64,000 nucleotides of DNA from Geosiphon pyriformis uo1. Lineage: Eukaryota; Fungi; Glomeromycota. Position 1 is the stretch's first letter. Each line of letters opens with the position of its first letter. Below, piece after piece: positions 1 through 11,749 of this stretch. The translations under genes and the position numbers were made by a program. The stretch covers positions 1,185,538 through 1,249,537 of the forward strand of contig JAAOMT010000128.1 of the NCBI GenBank assembly GCA_016748015.1. The letters are read 5' to 3'. The notes below the pieces were generated by a model, which worked only from the letters and a program-made list of their open reading frames with translations, was not told the origin of the DNA and made no database searches.

Positions 1-86
1 GTTAATATTTTTGTATATTCATCTTTTGTTGTATTTTTTGTTAGTATTGTTCTGGCTTTTGTTATATTTTTGGGTTTGAAATGTTT

Positions 87-1400
87 TTAGATTTGTCTTA
101 TTTGTGACAAACCATCAGCATTTTTATTGTCTTTTCTTTTTTTATAGTGTATAGTATAAGTATATTGTGAGAGTGCCATTTTCCATCTGGATTGGCGGCC
201 ATCATCACATTTTTGCTTTTGAAGTGATGTTAATCCTTTATGATCTGTGTATATATCAAACTTTTGGCTCAAGTATTTGTTCCACTTCATAACTGCCTGC
301 TAAGTGTTCTTGTTCTGGTGTTCCATAGTTTTTTTTGGCTGGTGTTAGACCTCAGCTGACATATGCTACTGAATGTTCTCTGCTATCTGGTCCTCTCTGA
401 AATAGTACTGCTTCTAATGCTTGGCCAGATGTATTGGTAGTGATGATAAATGGTTTGCTGTAATCTGAATAGATCAGTATTGGAGCTTGGATGAGCTTTC
501 TTTTCAGAATATCAAAAGCTTCTTGTTGACTTTCTGTCCATTTATATTTTGTATTTTTGTTTTGCAGTTGGTTGAATGGCTGTGCTATCTTGGAGAAGTT
601 TTTGATAAAACGTCAATAGTAGCTGGCGAATTCCAAGAATGATTTCAGTTTTGTCATATTGGTTGGTACTGGAAAGTTTTTTACTATCTCTATTTTCTCT
701 GGATCTGTTTTGATGCTGTCTTTGCTGACTATGTGTCTCAAGAATTTTAGTTCTGTCTTGCCAAAGAAGCACTTTGTTGCATTTAACTTTAGTTCTGCTT
801 TTCTTAGTCTTTTGAACACTTGTTGAAAATGATGAAGATAATTATCAAACATTTTTGAGAATACATTGGTGTTGTCCAAGTATACATCTACTGATTTCTA
901 CAATAAGCCAGTATAAATGATTTCCATTAGCCATTGGAAAATGGCTGGAGCGTTGGTTAAGCCAAATGGCATCACTTCAAATTTGAAATTCTCTTCTCTA
1001 GTGGTGAATGCTGTTTTCTCTTTGTCAGCTGGATTTATGGCTACTTGCCAATAACTACTATTCAAGTCTAATGTTGAAAACCATTTGTTTCTACCAAAAG
1101 TGTCGAATAATTCCTGTATTTGTGGAGTTAGATAGCTGTTTCTATGAGTTACACTGTTGAGTTTTCTGTAGTCTACACAAAATCAGATTTTCCCATTTTT
1201 TTTACAGACAAGTACCACTGGTGACAACCATGGGTTCATTGATAGTTGAATTAGCCCATTGTTAAGCATTCAGTTTATCTCTTGACAAATGATCTCATGG
1301 CTGGCTGGCAGCACTCTGTATGCTCTTTGTTTGATTGACATTACATCTCTAGTTTTGATCTGATGTTGGATGATGTCAGTTTGGCCAAACTCATTTTCGC
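87..1400 (-). pseudogene. Gypsy A reverse transcriptase and RNase H remnants
   Basis: ORF fragments 87-290, 613-879 and the end of 1270-1809 carry RT/RNase H motifs (QHQIKT..IKQRAYRV; KCFFG...; YTDHKGL; NADGLS) and are interrupted by stops. Confidence 0.9.
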
Positions 1401-1847
1401 TGGCAAAGATGTTGTTGAAATTGTTGAGCAATATCTTGAACTGCATACATTGGAGTGGATTTAAGTTTCCCATGTTTATTTGTTCCAATTGTTCTGGTTG
1501 GAGCAAATAACATTTGTCTTGTCCATAAATTGTTTGTAATGTGATGTTGACATATCCACAAAGTTGTGGAAAGTCTGGAATGGGGTTTGGTGGTTGGTTT
1601 TCTATTTCTGTGGTTAAATATCCGATGGTGGTTCCTTCTGGTATGTTGATGACATTGCCAGTGTTGTTGTAGATGGGAATTTTTATGCAGCTATAGCTTT
1701 TGGCTGGTATGTGGAGATTAATCACCCCAATCTCTCCTGATTCACAAAGGTTTGTTTCAGCTTCAAAAATCTGTTCTTGTTCTTTTTCTTTCTTTTCTAT
1801 TGCTAGCATGTACTGGCTATATGGTGGAATGAAAATAGCTTGACTGG

Positions 1848-2819
1848 TGTTACCAGTAGAATTTTAGCTATTAATTAGCATGAAATTACTCTTATAATTT
1901 CTATAATTCATTAGTATATTAATATCATTTCAAATTATCATTTATTATTTAATCAATTATCACATATCATGATTCAATTAAAATAATCTAATTAGTATAA
2001 TAGAAAGTAGAATAATCAAATTACACAATACCCTGAACTTTGTAACATTCAAAAATTCGCCAAAATTTACAGAAATTCGCCGAAATTATAAATAGTTCAC
2101 CCAAATTAATCAATAGTTCAGCGAAATAACTTGTAGTTCATCAAAATGTATCTTTAGTTCGCCGAAATTTGAGCAAAGAGAAAAAGTGCAAGTTCATAGA
2201 CTAGTACTACAATAAATTGTATAAAAGAAGAGCTTTTCTCTTCTGGAAAATGTATCTTACTTTAGATTTATCACTTAGAATCATTCCTACACACACAAAA
2301 AGAAATAAATATCAAATAATTCGAAAAACCAAATTCTTTAAATTATTGCACTTAAAAAATTCTCAAAACCCAACTAATGTTTTGAAATTGATTAACTACC
2401 AATTTCAATAAACTGTTAGTGACTCCAGGCCTGGATAGAAAATGTTTCTCTTGACAAAATTCTATTTCTTTTACATTTCTTTTATTTTTCTTTTATTTTC
2501 TTATTACAATTATTAAGGTAGCCTACAGACAAGATTCCTGTAGAAGAGTTGACTTTCACAGCAAAGTAACTATACATTTTAGTGAGCTTCTAAATGAGCA
2601 ATTCCTGAGAAAGAGTTGACATTTACTACAACATAACTACATAAAGTAACTGGCATGGAATTGGCCATTCCACTTATAAGCCCAGCAAGTTCAAATTATA
2701 GAAGATAATTTGAAGATAAATTCAGTTATTGAAGGTTCAACTACTTCCTAAGAATGTGAATTCACAGCAAATCAACATTACTAACATTTAAGAAAAGAGA
2801 CCAAAAACCTCCAGTAACA
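1848..2819 (+). mobile_element. Solo LTR (972 bp) of another family, inserted into Gypsy A pol
   Basis: Ends are TGTTACCAG...CCAGTAACA (imperfect inverted TG..CA). Flanks are CTGG/CCAG, consistent with a CCGG TSD after CpG decay. Removing the insert restores the frame EIIST-GQAIFIPPYSQYMLAI. TATAAAAG lies at ~2220, downstream of a repeat array. Confidence 0.85.
2050..2172 (+). repeat. Array of ~6 degenerate (A/G)TTCGCCGAAAT units in the presumed U3 of the solo LTR
   Basis: Units aattcgccaaaat, aattcgccgaaat, agttcacccaaat, agttcagcgaaat, agttcatcaaaat and agttcgccgaaat are spaced about 20 bp apart. Confidence 0.7.
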
Positions 2820-2879
2820 CCAGTTGAGATAATTTCTTTTTGGCCAACAATTTCTTCCTCCGTTATATTAACTGGTACA

Positions 2880-3290
2880 TCTATTCTATCTATTGACCCA
2901 AATCCCTGTATTTTTCTTGCTGTTATTCCTAACTCTTTTCTATTTTTCATTGGTATTAACTGAGCTATCTTAACCAACAGTAAGAATATTGCCTGTGCTA
3001 TCTTTTCATTTGGCTCTATTATATAGGCCTTGTTTGAATTATTTTGTAGCATAGTGATAATATTTTCTACATATTCTGCATCAATTATTCCTCCTCTTAT
3101 ATTAATTTCTCTTTTTGCTAAACTACTCTGGGATGCTAGTTGAACCATTGTTGTTGCTGAGATTTCCAGCACTATTTTCAGATCAATGCAGATGTGCGAA
3201 TGTGGTTCCAATTTGATAACATCTTTTCCAGGATATCTCAGATCAAATCCTGTATTGGTATCATGCATTTGTTCTGGCATGATGCTTTCA
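2880..3290 (-). pseudogene. dUTPase domain within Gypsy A pol (degenerate)
   Basis: Remnants of dUTPase motifs 1-5 in ORF 2762-3529: TGFDL, ASQSSLA, GGIIDAEY, KIAQAI, RKIQGFGS. Confidence 0.88.
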
Positions 3291-4479
3291 TCATTGTCAC
3301 TATACCATTTCAACTCTTGTTCTTTGAAGAGATCTGGTAGGGTGATGTATTGTTCATAGTTAGGATTGGAGTCTGAATCATTGATATTTTCATTGTCATA
3401 TTGCACGGAGCTGGAACCAGTATTTTTATCATCATCATTGTTAGAGTTTGAATCGGGATTGTAAACTAATTCCAATTCTGATGCACAGCTGTTGATTGGT
3501 TCCTCTTTCTTAGGGATTGTGTAGATCATGCGTGGTCATGGATTGTAGATGAGGTTACACTCATCACAATATTGAAAGTTACATGGAATTAAACAGTGGT
3601 CACATAATTTGGTGTTTATTTTTTCTAAACATTGCTCTTGTTTCTCTCTTGTGGGTGCTAATTCCTAGTAATGTTCATGAAATTGCTTCAGATCTAGAAG
3701 ATTTATGACTGGTTTTGGGTCCCAGTCAAGTTCTATGGGCTCTGGGGAATTGTTTTTGATTTCTCTGATCTCTTTGGGTGTTGCTCCTTCTATTTTAGTG
3801 ATTACCATTCTCCAAATTTCATCGTCGTCATGTAAACAACTGTTCAGTCACTGTATGGCTCTTCTTCAGGCTGTTTCTATTGGAATTCCTTTTCTTACCC
3901 AGTCACTTATTAGAATCGTGTATTAACACATCGCATGTTCTTCCACATCTTGGGATGTCGTTCCACATCTCTTCATTTAGCAAGGTTTCCCCACAAGTGA
4001 GACAAGGTTGGTTATCCCATTTTTCTTGCTTCTTTGGTTATCCAAAGCATTCGAGTAAGCATGGACAACAGTAAAACTTTGTTGCAGTGTGGTATTCCTC
4101 ATCATTGCCACAGCATGACAGTTTCTTGCCACAATCAATGCATACAAGCCTTGGCCATTGATAATTGGATTGTTGTGAAGTGTGGTAAGTGTAGGAATTA
4201 TAAATGGCAGCAGTTGGTGGTGTTCCTTCTTCCTTTCTTTTTTCTTTTCTCTTATCTTTATTCCATTCCCAACTTAAGGCTTCTTCTTGTTCGTTGTCAG
4301 TCCAAGTCAGATCGTTGATTTCCCAGGTAAGTTTGTTTGTTTGCTTTCCTTTCCCATTGTCATTCCAAGAGAGTATTGGTGGCAGCTCATTGTGCTCTTC
4401 ATCAGCTCACAACACTTGGTAGGCTTCCCAGGTAGGTTTTGGTTTCTCTTTCTCAAAGTCAATTAGTGGTGCTGTGGTG

Positions 4480-4950
4480 TTGATAGTCTTGAAGTGGCCA
4501 CACATTGCTGGTACTTGCATGTGTTGCCCATTCTGGCTGAGTTGAAGCTTTTGTGTATTCTAGTCCAGAATGGCATTCGTCTTGAACAGCCAGTCATTAC
4601 CAACTAGAGCTTGGTATTGGGTGGCTTCTATGACAAGTACTTTGATTGGTATTATAATGCCATTAATTTTGATTAGTAAGTCATTGATTTTGCCATTTGG
4701 AGTCTTGGTCACTCCATCAGCCATAATGATTCTGACACTAGCAGCTCAATCAATTCGGCAACCTAATTGATCCATGAGTTGTCATATGATGATGCTGCCT
4801 GCTGAACCACTGTCAAGAACTAGTTTAATGGGATGGCCATCAATTTTCACATTAGTGTACATAGCAGTAATTGGCTTTTCTTCCAGTGTGGCTCTATTGA
4901 ATAATGATATGGTTAACAGTTTCTCAAGTTCGAATGGAAAAATGGCATCC
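4480..4950 (-). pseudogene. Gypsy A aspartic protease remnant
   Basis: Minus-strand translation gives ...VKIDGHPIKLVLDSGSAGSIII...IIMADGVTKTPNGKI...QYQALVGNDWL. Confidence 0.85.
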
Positions 4951-5479
4951 AGAGATTTGTCTTCCGTGATTGTGGCAGATGGAATGTTGCTGATAGGTGT
5001 TTGTTCGAGTTCCTAGTTGTTGGGTGTGGCATTTTCTGGAGTAACCAGGAGACTTAAATAGTTTTGGGAATTCGGGTTTTGGGTAGCACCTATACCTGAA
5101 TTCCGAGAACAGGATTCTAAGCTTTGGTGAGAGGAGCTGGGAATCGGTTAATGAACAACCATTGTCAATCTCCAATTTTGAGCAATTCTGGGTCTCAGGT
5201 TTCCTGATGTCATTGTAGCTGAGTTTTGGAGCAGTGTTTGAATTGATGGTTGAGACTAATAAATTATTTGGGGCTGCAGTTGATAAATTACTGGAGGCTG
5301 TTGTTGATAAATTGCCAGTAGTTGTGGTTAATAAACTGAAGGTTGATATACTGGCAGTTAATAGATTGGTTGCTGTATTATTGGCAGGTAAGTATTTTGA
5401 TATTGGTCTTGATCTTGATTTGGATAATAATTCGGAGTTTGGAACCGGCGATCGGGGTTTCTGTATTGATTTCCTGATC

Positions 5480-7290
5480 ATTAGTTGCTATAAGTATGGC
5501 AATTAACTCGAATATGGCCTTGTTTACCACAGTTGTAACTAACACGCATTTCTGGCTGCCACGGCAGACTAGGTGCTGTTGAAGATGATGGCTGTGATTG
5601 ATTTTGGAAACAATTCACGTTTTCTGAATTATTGCGTCGTTGTGATGGTTGATATATGATGTGATTGTCAGCTAAGTATCTCTCTAATTTCTGATTAATT
5701 GATTTGCTAAATTGTTTTAATTTGAAATCTAATTCAGATAATCTATTTATTACTAGGTTTACTGCTTGGGCGTGGTTGGCTTCTAACTCAGCTGTTTCAA
5801 AATCTCTGGTGTGTGTAACTGTGGTAAGGAGATCAACTAGATGTATTGGGCGTACTCGCTAGAGGAGGTTACTGCGCAAACCTTTAATAAATTGGTTCAA
5901 AATCTGTGGTGCTGTAAAATAGTTAGCTTAAATTGCTTGGATCTGACACAGATTTCTATGGAAGCATCCCAAGTAAGTGGTGACTGCTTCAGTATCTCCT
6001 TGTTTGATGGTGGTGAAGAGGTTGGCTAACTTGTTAATGCTATTATTGTTGCTAAAATATCTTATAAATTTTGTCTTGAAGTCATTGAAGGTTTGGGGTT
6101 TGACAGCTAAACTTTGATACCATGCATCCATGGTGTTTCTTAGAAAGTATGAGATGGCTTGAAGTGCTTGGGCGTCATTCCATCTATTCGCAGTGATGGG
6201 TTTCTCTATGTCATTCAGTCATACTTGTATGTTATCTTCTTTGCTGGTAAAGTTGTCAAGTTTTGCAATTGGTGCGTAGGCCATTGGATCTAAGTTGGGT
6301 TGTTGTGGTGGCTGTTGAAGCAGTTGTTGTTGTACTGGTTGTTGGAGTGGTAGTTGAAATGGCTGTTGTATGAGTTCGGCTACTGGATTAATTGGTGGTT
6401 GATTGATGACAATTACTGAAGGTAAGTTTTGCTAATTAATTAATTCAGAGTTTGGATTGTTCTGTCTTTGATGATTCAGAGTTTTGATTTCCAAATTTTC
6501 TAGATTTAGATTTTGCTGAGCTTAAAGATTTGGGGTTTCAACTTCCAGGTTTTCAGTAATTGATTGTTGATAAGTGACTTCTTGATCTTCACTTTTTTCT
6601 TCTTCTTCCTTTGATAATTTCCACAGAATAGTGGTTCTGAAATCTGGTTGTGGTAGTGGTGATCAAATTCCTAATGGCATTGGGGATTGTGATTTAAATC
6701 TTTCAAAATACACACCATATGGTCTTAGTAAGTCTTCTTTTCATTGTTTGCTTTGGAACTGAAATCTTCCAAATGTTGATGTCATGTTTGATGTGAATGC
6801 ATCTGCTAATGAAATATTGATGGTGCTTCCAGGTGTATAGTGATATGATGGAGTGGTTAGTAATTCTATTTTGTGTTTCTTCTAACTAAATAACTGTATT
6901 TCTTTTGGTGTTGCTGCTGGTGTTTGTATTTTTTCTTTATTCTTGTTTGTATAGGTAATGGGGAATTGTTGCTATACGTATCTTTCAATACTTTGATTGA
7001 TCTCTCTAATGATTGGTGTGAAACTATAGTTCCTTGGTAAGCTGGTATGTTGAAACAGTTTCATATAAAAGTTTTCTCTGGCTGATTCAATGTTTACTGT
7101 TCCTCCTAAACAGTCAGTAATTTTATCATTGACATAGAAGTTGAAGGCTAATTCGGCTGGATAGTGATTACTGTTTAATCTTAATTGTTGGCTGTATTGT
7201 TGAAACAAAGTTTTTGCAAATCCTAAATGGTTTGCTCCTATATTTTCTGATTCTGCCACTTTTGGATGGTGTTTGTTGGTGCTGGTTCTT
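5480..7290 (-). pseudogene. Gypsy A gag remnant (long N-terminal region, capsid-like core, CCHC knuckle)
   Basis: ORFs 6972-7259 and 5928-6131 are retrotransposon-gag-like. A knuckle remnant xYNCGKQGHIRVNC lies at ~5499-5540. Confidence 0.8.
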
Positions 7291-7300
7291 TATAGGATTA

Positions 7301-7320
7301 TACCTCACAGGAAGCACCAA
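7301..7320 (-). promoter_or_regulatory. Primer-binding site of Gypsy A
   Basis: The minus strand reads TGGTGCTTCCTGTGAGG two bases inside the LTR edge, complementary to a tRNA 3' end ...GGAAGCACCA. tRNA identity was not determined. Confidence 0.7.
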
Positions 7321-7321
7321 A

Positions 7322-8147
7322 TGTTACAATTGATTATTTGGGGTCTCAAATCAAATAACAAACTCATAACTTGGTGCTCAAAAGCTATTTCCATTAATGA
7401 TGTTCTAAAAGTGTTGTATCTAAAGGTTTTGATGGAGTCTTTTGTATAATGGACAAAGATTCAATAGTTGTTTTATCCGTAGTTTCTCAGACTCACAAGT
7501 CTGTCAATTCTTTTCTCAGCTTGATGGCCGGCAATCTTCTGGTAAGTAATCTGTATCTTCTGTATGTGTTCTACCCACTTACAAAAGTCTTTTACCAGGC
7601 AATTCTTAACGTTAATAATCAGCACTTTTAATCAATTAGTTAGTGCACAATAACAAAATCACAAAAAAATAAAGAAAATAAAGAAATTTAAAGAAATAAG
7701 CCAAGGCAATTTGCAGATTAGTATTCTGTTAATAGCCATGATCAAGAGTTATTGTTCTAGTATGGTTAAGTATCAATTACTATCAACATAAAGTGTTGAT
7801 AGTGAAGAGTGAATTGAGATATAAAATAATTATTTATTTGATGATTGTGTTTTTAGGCTAAGAATTCTGTGGTATCAATTCTGTCTTTTCTGTTTCTAAC
7901 ACTACTACTATATATACATATTTGAGATTCCTCAATTCCTCAATTCCTTGTAACAGAAATCCTGGAATTCCTGGAATCCTGCAATTTCTGATGAGAGGAA
8001 TCCTGAAATTCTGGAATCCTGAAATTCTTGGAATCCTGCAATTTCTCTAAGAGGAATCCTGGAATTTCATATTTACTATGTCTATCTCTGATTGGCTAAT
8101 ATCTACTGACTAATAATACTATATTTTCCTATATTCTATGAGTAACA
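7322..8147 (-). repeat. 5' LTR of Gypsy A (826 bp)
   Basis: Termini are TGTTACA...GTAACA. It is colinear with the solo LTR at 13675-14528, has an adjacent PBS, a TATA-like element at ~7905-7915, a GGAAT(T)CCT array at ~7955-8068 and a CCAAT (ATTGG) at ~8091. Confidence 0.88.
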
Positions 8148-9745
8148 ATGTCTTGACCAACTTTTTGCTGTTGAAAAAAATTGGATCCAAAGAGTCTTGT
8201 TTTATCTTGGTTTATTATTATATCTAGTTTTTTTGGATAAAGTGAGCTTTTTTGTTGAATATAATAGAAATAAAATAAGTTTAGCACTTTATAATGTTTT
8301 GGAATCAGATGAGTTTGGATCAATTGTAGATTATCTGCATGGTATTTGGACTAATGTTTTCAAAGTTTATACTGATAGATTACTTAAAAGTTTGGGTATA
8401 CTAGGTGTGGCTAGTAGGATAACTGCTTATTTCTCAAATGTGCATATAAGTATTAGAGTTGGAATTTTTGGTATATTGTTTTCTATAATAACTGAAATCT
8501 ATATTGTTGCTTTGGTTTTGATGTGTGTGTTTTTTTTTAGTACAATGCTATTGAATTTAAACAATCAGACAGCTATTAATACTTATAAGTTGAAACTTAA
8601 TTTATTTGAGCCAGATTTTTGCAATCAATATTAAATAGAATGGTGTTTGGTTAGCAATTTGATAAGAAACAAGAATTTGAAAATAATCTGGTCAAAAATT
8701 AAAGAGCATTTTGACAATAATTATGTTAACAAGTTGGCTGATATAACTATATACTCTTCTGTGTCTTTTTCAATTAGCATTTCTAAATGTTACTTGGTGG
8801 CAAATGGTTTGGCAGTTTCTGGTAATGCTTGTTATTTTATTCAGAACATTTATAGAACAATAACTAGTATGCATTGAAAAATAAATATTGGTGCCAAAAT
8901 TATTGATAATTTGTTTATTTGTAATATTGATTGAATTCACACAACTGAAGTTTAACATTCTGATTTGTATATGCTCACTAGTACAACTAATATATTTATT
9001 GTGAATTTAAAAACTTATATAATGAAAGCTGTTTATGGAAGACTTTCTGTTGCTATATACAAAAAACTGTATAACAAATTTTATCTGGGAGTTTTGTGTT
9101 TGTTTTGTGAAAAGATAAAAACTTTGGACTATTTATTTATATGTTCTAGTAATGTAAACTAGTATAGAGATTTGGTTCTTGGTTATATCAAATTTTGGTT
9201 ATCATTAGCTGATAGTAGAGCATCTATATTTTTTCTGGTTGTGTAGTCTTTGTTTTTTTGTCTAACTGATGTTAGATTGTATATAGTCTTATACAAAAGA
9301 TTTGTCTTTAAAAACTGAATCAAGAATGTTTTAAGACTGTATGATGATAAGAAAGAGACTGTTTCTGTTTTGGTAGATTTTTTCATTGATTGGTTAATAC
9401 CTATTACCATAAGATATAGTGTGTCAAAACAAAGCAAAAGTCAGATTTAAAAAAAACTAAATTAATAAATAATAATACTATGATTCCTAAATTGGCTGAC
9501 AGATTAGGTGTAGATTTATTAGATAGTATAATTTGTGTGTTTGGTATGATTAAGTCTTTAGTTATGAGTTTTAAAAAACATATGTCTTGTGCTTTTTTTT
9601 CTAAAGTTGATAATAATCCAATAGTTTATATAAATGTATAGTATTATTTAGATATAAGTTGTATATAGTTGAGATTATTTTAATTAATTCTATATATTAG
9701 ATAATAATTGGGCTGTACTTATTAAATAATAATAATAATAATAAA
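8148..9745 (+). mobile_element. Highly decayed LINE 3' fragment (RNase H, C-terminal Zn finger, 3' tail), cut on the left by Gypsy A
   Basis: ORF remnants VYTDRLLKSLG (RNase H DGS-motif decay) and CLFCEKIKTLDYLFIC match the LINE at 56040-60718. It ends in ...ttgggctgtacttattaa followed by (TAA)n. Confidence 0.75.
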
Positions 9746-10669
9746 ATATATTAAAAATACCAAAATATTTATATTATTAAATATATATATATATATAGTA
9801 ATAAAAAAACAGAAAAAAAATTTCAATTAAAAATTATTTTTATCTTAAAATTTGAATTTTTTTTGTGTTTAAATATTAATACTTTAAACCAATAATTTTT
9901 AATTATAATTATTAACAAAATATTTATTACTTAATTATTTTTTAGAGTTTTTTTATTTTTTAATTGTTTAATTTTATTTTGTTATTGCTAAAATTAATTT
10001 ATTAAAGAAAATATTATTAAAATTATAACTTTAAAAATTATTTGGTAAAAGACATCAAAAAATATATAAAATTAAATTTTGAAAAATTAAATTACTTATT
10101 AAAAAAATAAGAATACCAAAATAAATTTGTTTAAAAAAAGTTATATATTAATTATTAAAAGCAAATAAATTTTTGAATTTTTGTTTTTTAGAAAAAATTT
10201 TAACTGAAAATTTTTAGATTAACCAAATTTTTTAAATAATATTAATATATAATAATACTAAATATAAAATATTATTTTTTTATTTTATTTATAATATTAT
10301 AAAAAAAAGTATTATTTTAAATAATAAAATAATTGTTAAAAAAATTCTTATTAATACTTTAAAATAACTATAAAATTAATTTTTTTTAAGTTTAATTAAG
10401 TAATATTAATTAAAATACAATTTATTAAGTTATAACAAAAACTATAATAATATTTGCTAATTTAAATATTGTTAAATTGATTAATTTGTTTTTATAATTA
10501 AACTTAATAAAAAATTATAAAATAAATAATAAATTATAAATTTTATTGTATATTTTGTTAATAAATATAATTATATATAATTTGTTTAAATTTAATAAAC
10601 AAAAATTAGCTTATATATATATTAAAAAACAGAATTTTATTATTTGGTTTGTTTTTTTTTAACAAAAAA

Positions 10670-11131
10670 ACATGTAATAAACCATTTGGATGCTAATTCT
10701 AAAGGTAGTATATTGGTTGTCAATTTTGTTCATTGTTTTGCTAAAAGATATAGATCTGTTGTTTGGTTGTCTGTGACCAAGTTGAGATCCTATTATGAAA
10801 AGCACAACTTTTTGTCACATGATGGTTTCTCTTTTCTTTTAGTGTTCAGTTTGTTTTTTTTGTAGTCTTTTGAGATGATATAAAATTTTGGTTTTAAGTT
10901 AGATATTCATGTATACTTTGAATTACATTCTTGTTTGTTTAAGTTGGATTTTGGTTTTTTGAGTAATATTTTTATGTGAATAGTCTTGGTATATAATGTT
11001 GTCTTAATTAATCTAAGTGACTGGTCACATATAGAAAGAGCATAAGCCATGCTTAATTTAGATTCTGTTTTAATTCTATGTATTTAGATAGTGGTTAAAC
11101 TGTACTTATAAAACTTTAATAAAAAAAAAAA
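10670..11131 (+). mobile_element. Short 5'-truncated LINE 3' end with poly-A
   Basis: VVNFVHCFAKRYRSVVW...EKHNFL resembles the ORF2 C-terminus at 62290-63168 (VVNFVCAL...EKHNLI). It is followed by the shared 3' tail and an A-run at 11121-11131. Confidence 0.7.
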
Positions 11132-11749
11132 ACATGAATATAAATTATTAAAAATATAAATTTTAAAAATTAGGTAAATTTCTTATTAAAATAATTTAAA
11201 TTTAAATTTAAATAATTTTTTTTCAAAGTCTTTTAATTTATTAATTTAAAAAATATTTGTTATAGTTTTATAATAAACAATTGGTTTTTTTATATGTTTT
11301 TTATTTTTTATGTCCTAAGTATTTGTTATTATTTTAAATATGTTTAATAGTTATTATTAATATTTTAAATTATATTTTTTTATATAATATTTTATATTAT
11401 ATTAATATTATAATTTTTTATATTTTTATTATTTTTATTTTAAGTTAATTATTTTTTAAATAATTTTTTATATATTTGTTATTAATTTTTAAAGTTTTAT
11501 TACTTATATTTTTTAAATATATCTTAATATTTTATATTATTTTTTGTTATTAATTTAATATTTGATTTTGTTTTTATTATAATATTAAGTAAATAATAAT
11601 AAAATTATAATATTATTTAAAGATATTATTTTTATAATAACTTTAAATCAATTAATTATTTTAGTTATATATTATTTTATAATTTTTTTAAATATTTTTT
11701 TATTCTTATTTCTAAACTTAAATTTTTAAATACTATATATTTTTAATTT

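Larger units (their letters stand above)
1..8147 (-). mobile_element. Decayed Ty3/Gypsy LTR retrotransposon, family A (5' LTR-PBS-gag-PR-Cys-rich domain-dUTPase-spacer-RT-RNase H; runs off the left edge), interrupted by a solo LTR at 1848-2819
   Basis: Minus-strand fragments lie in Gypsy order: gag core (DAWYQSL...IKQGDTEAVTTYLGCF), degenerate knuckle (SYNCGKQGHIRVNC), protease (KLVLDSGSAGSI), dUTPase, RT (KCFFGKTELKFLRHIVS), RNase H (FDIYTDHKGL...NKNADGLS). There are many stops and frameshifts. Confidence 0.93.

Noticed and set aside
2050-2172. Regularly spaced repeats resembling a CRISPR array
   Set aside because: The units are ~13 bp and degenerate with spacers under 10 bp, inside an LTR of a eukaryotic genome, with no cas genes.
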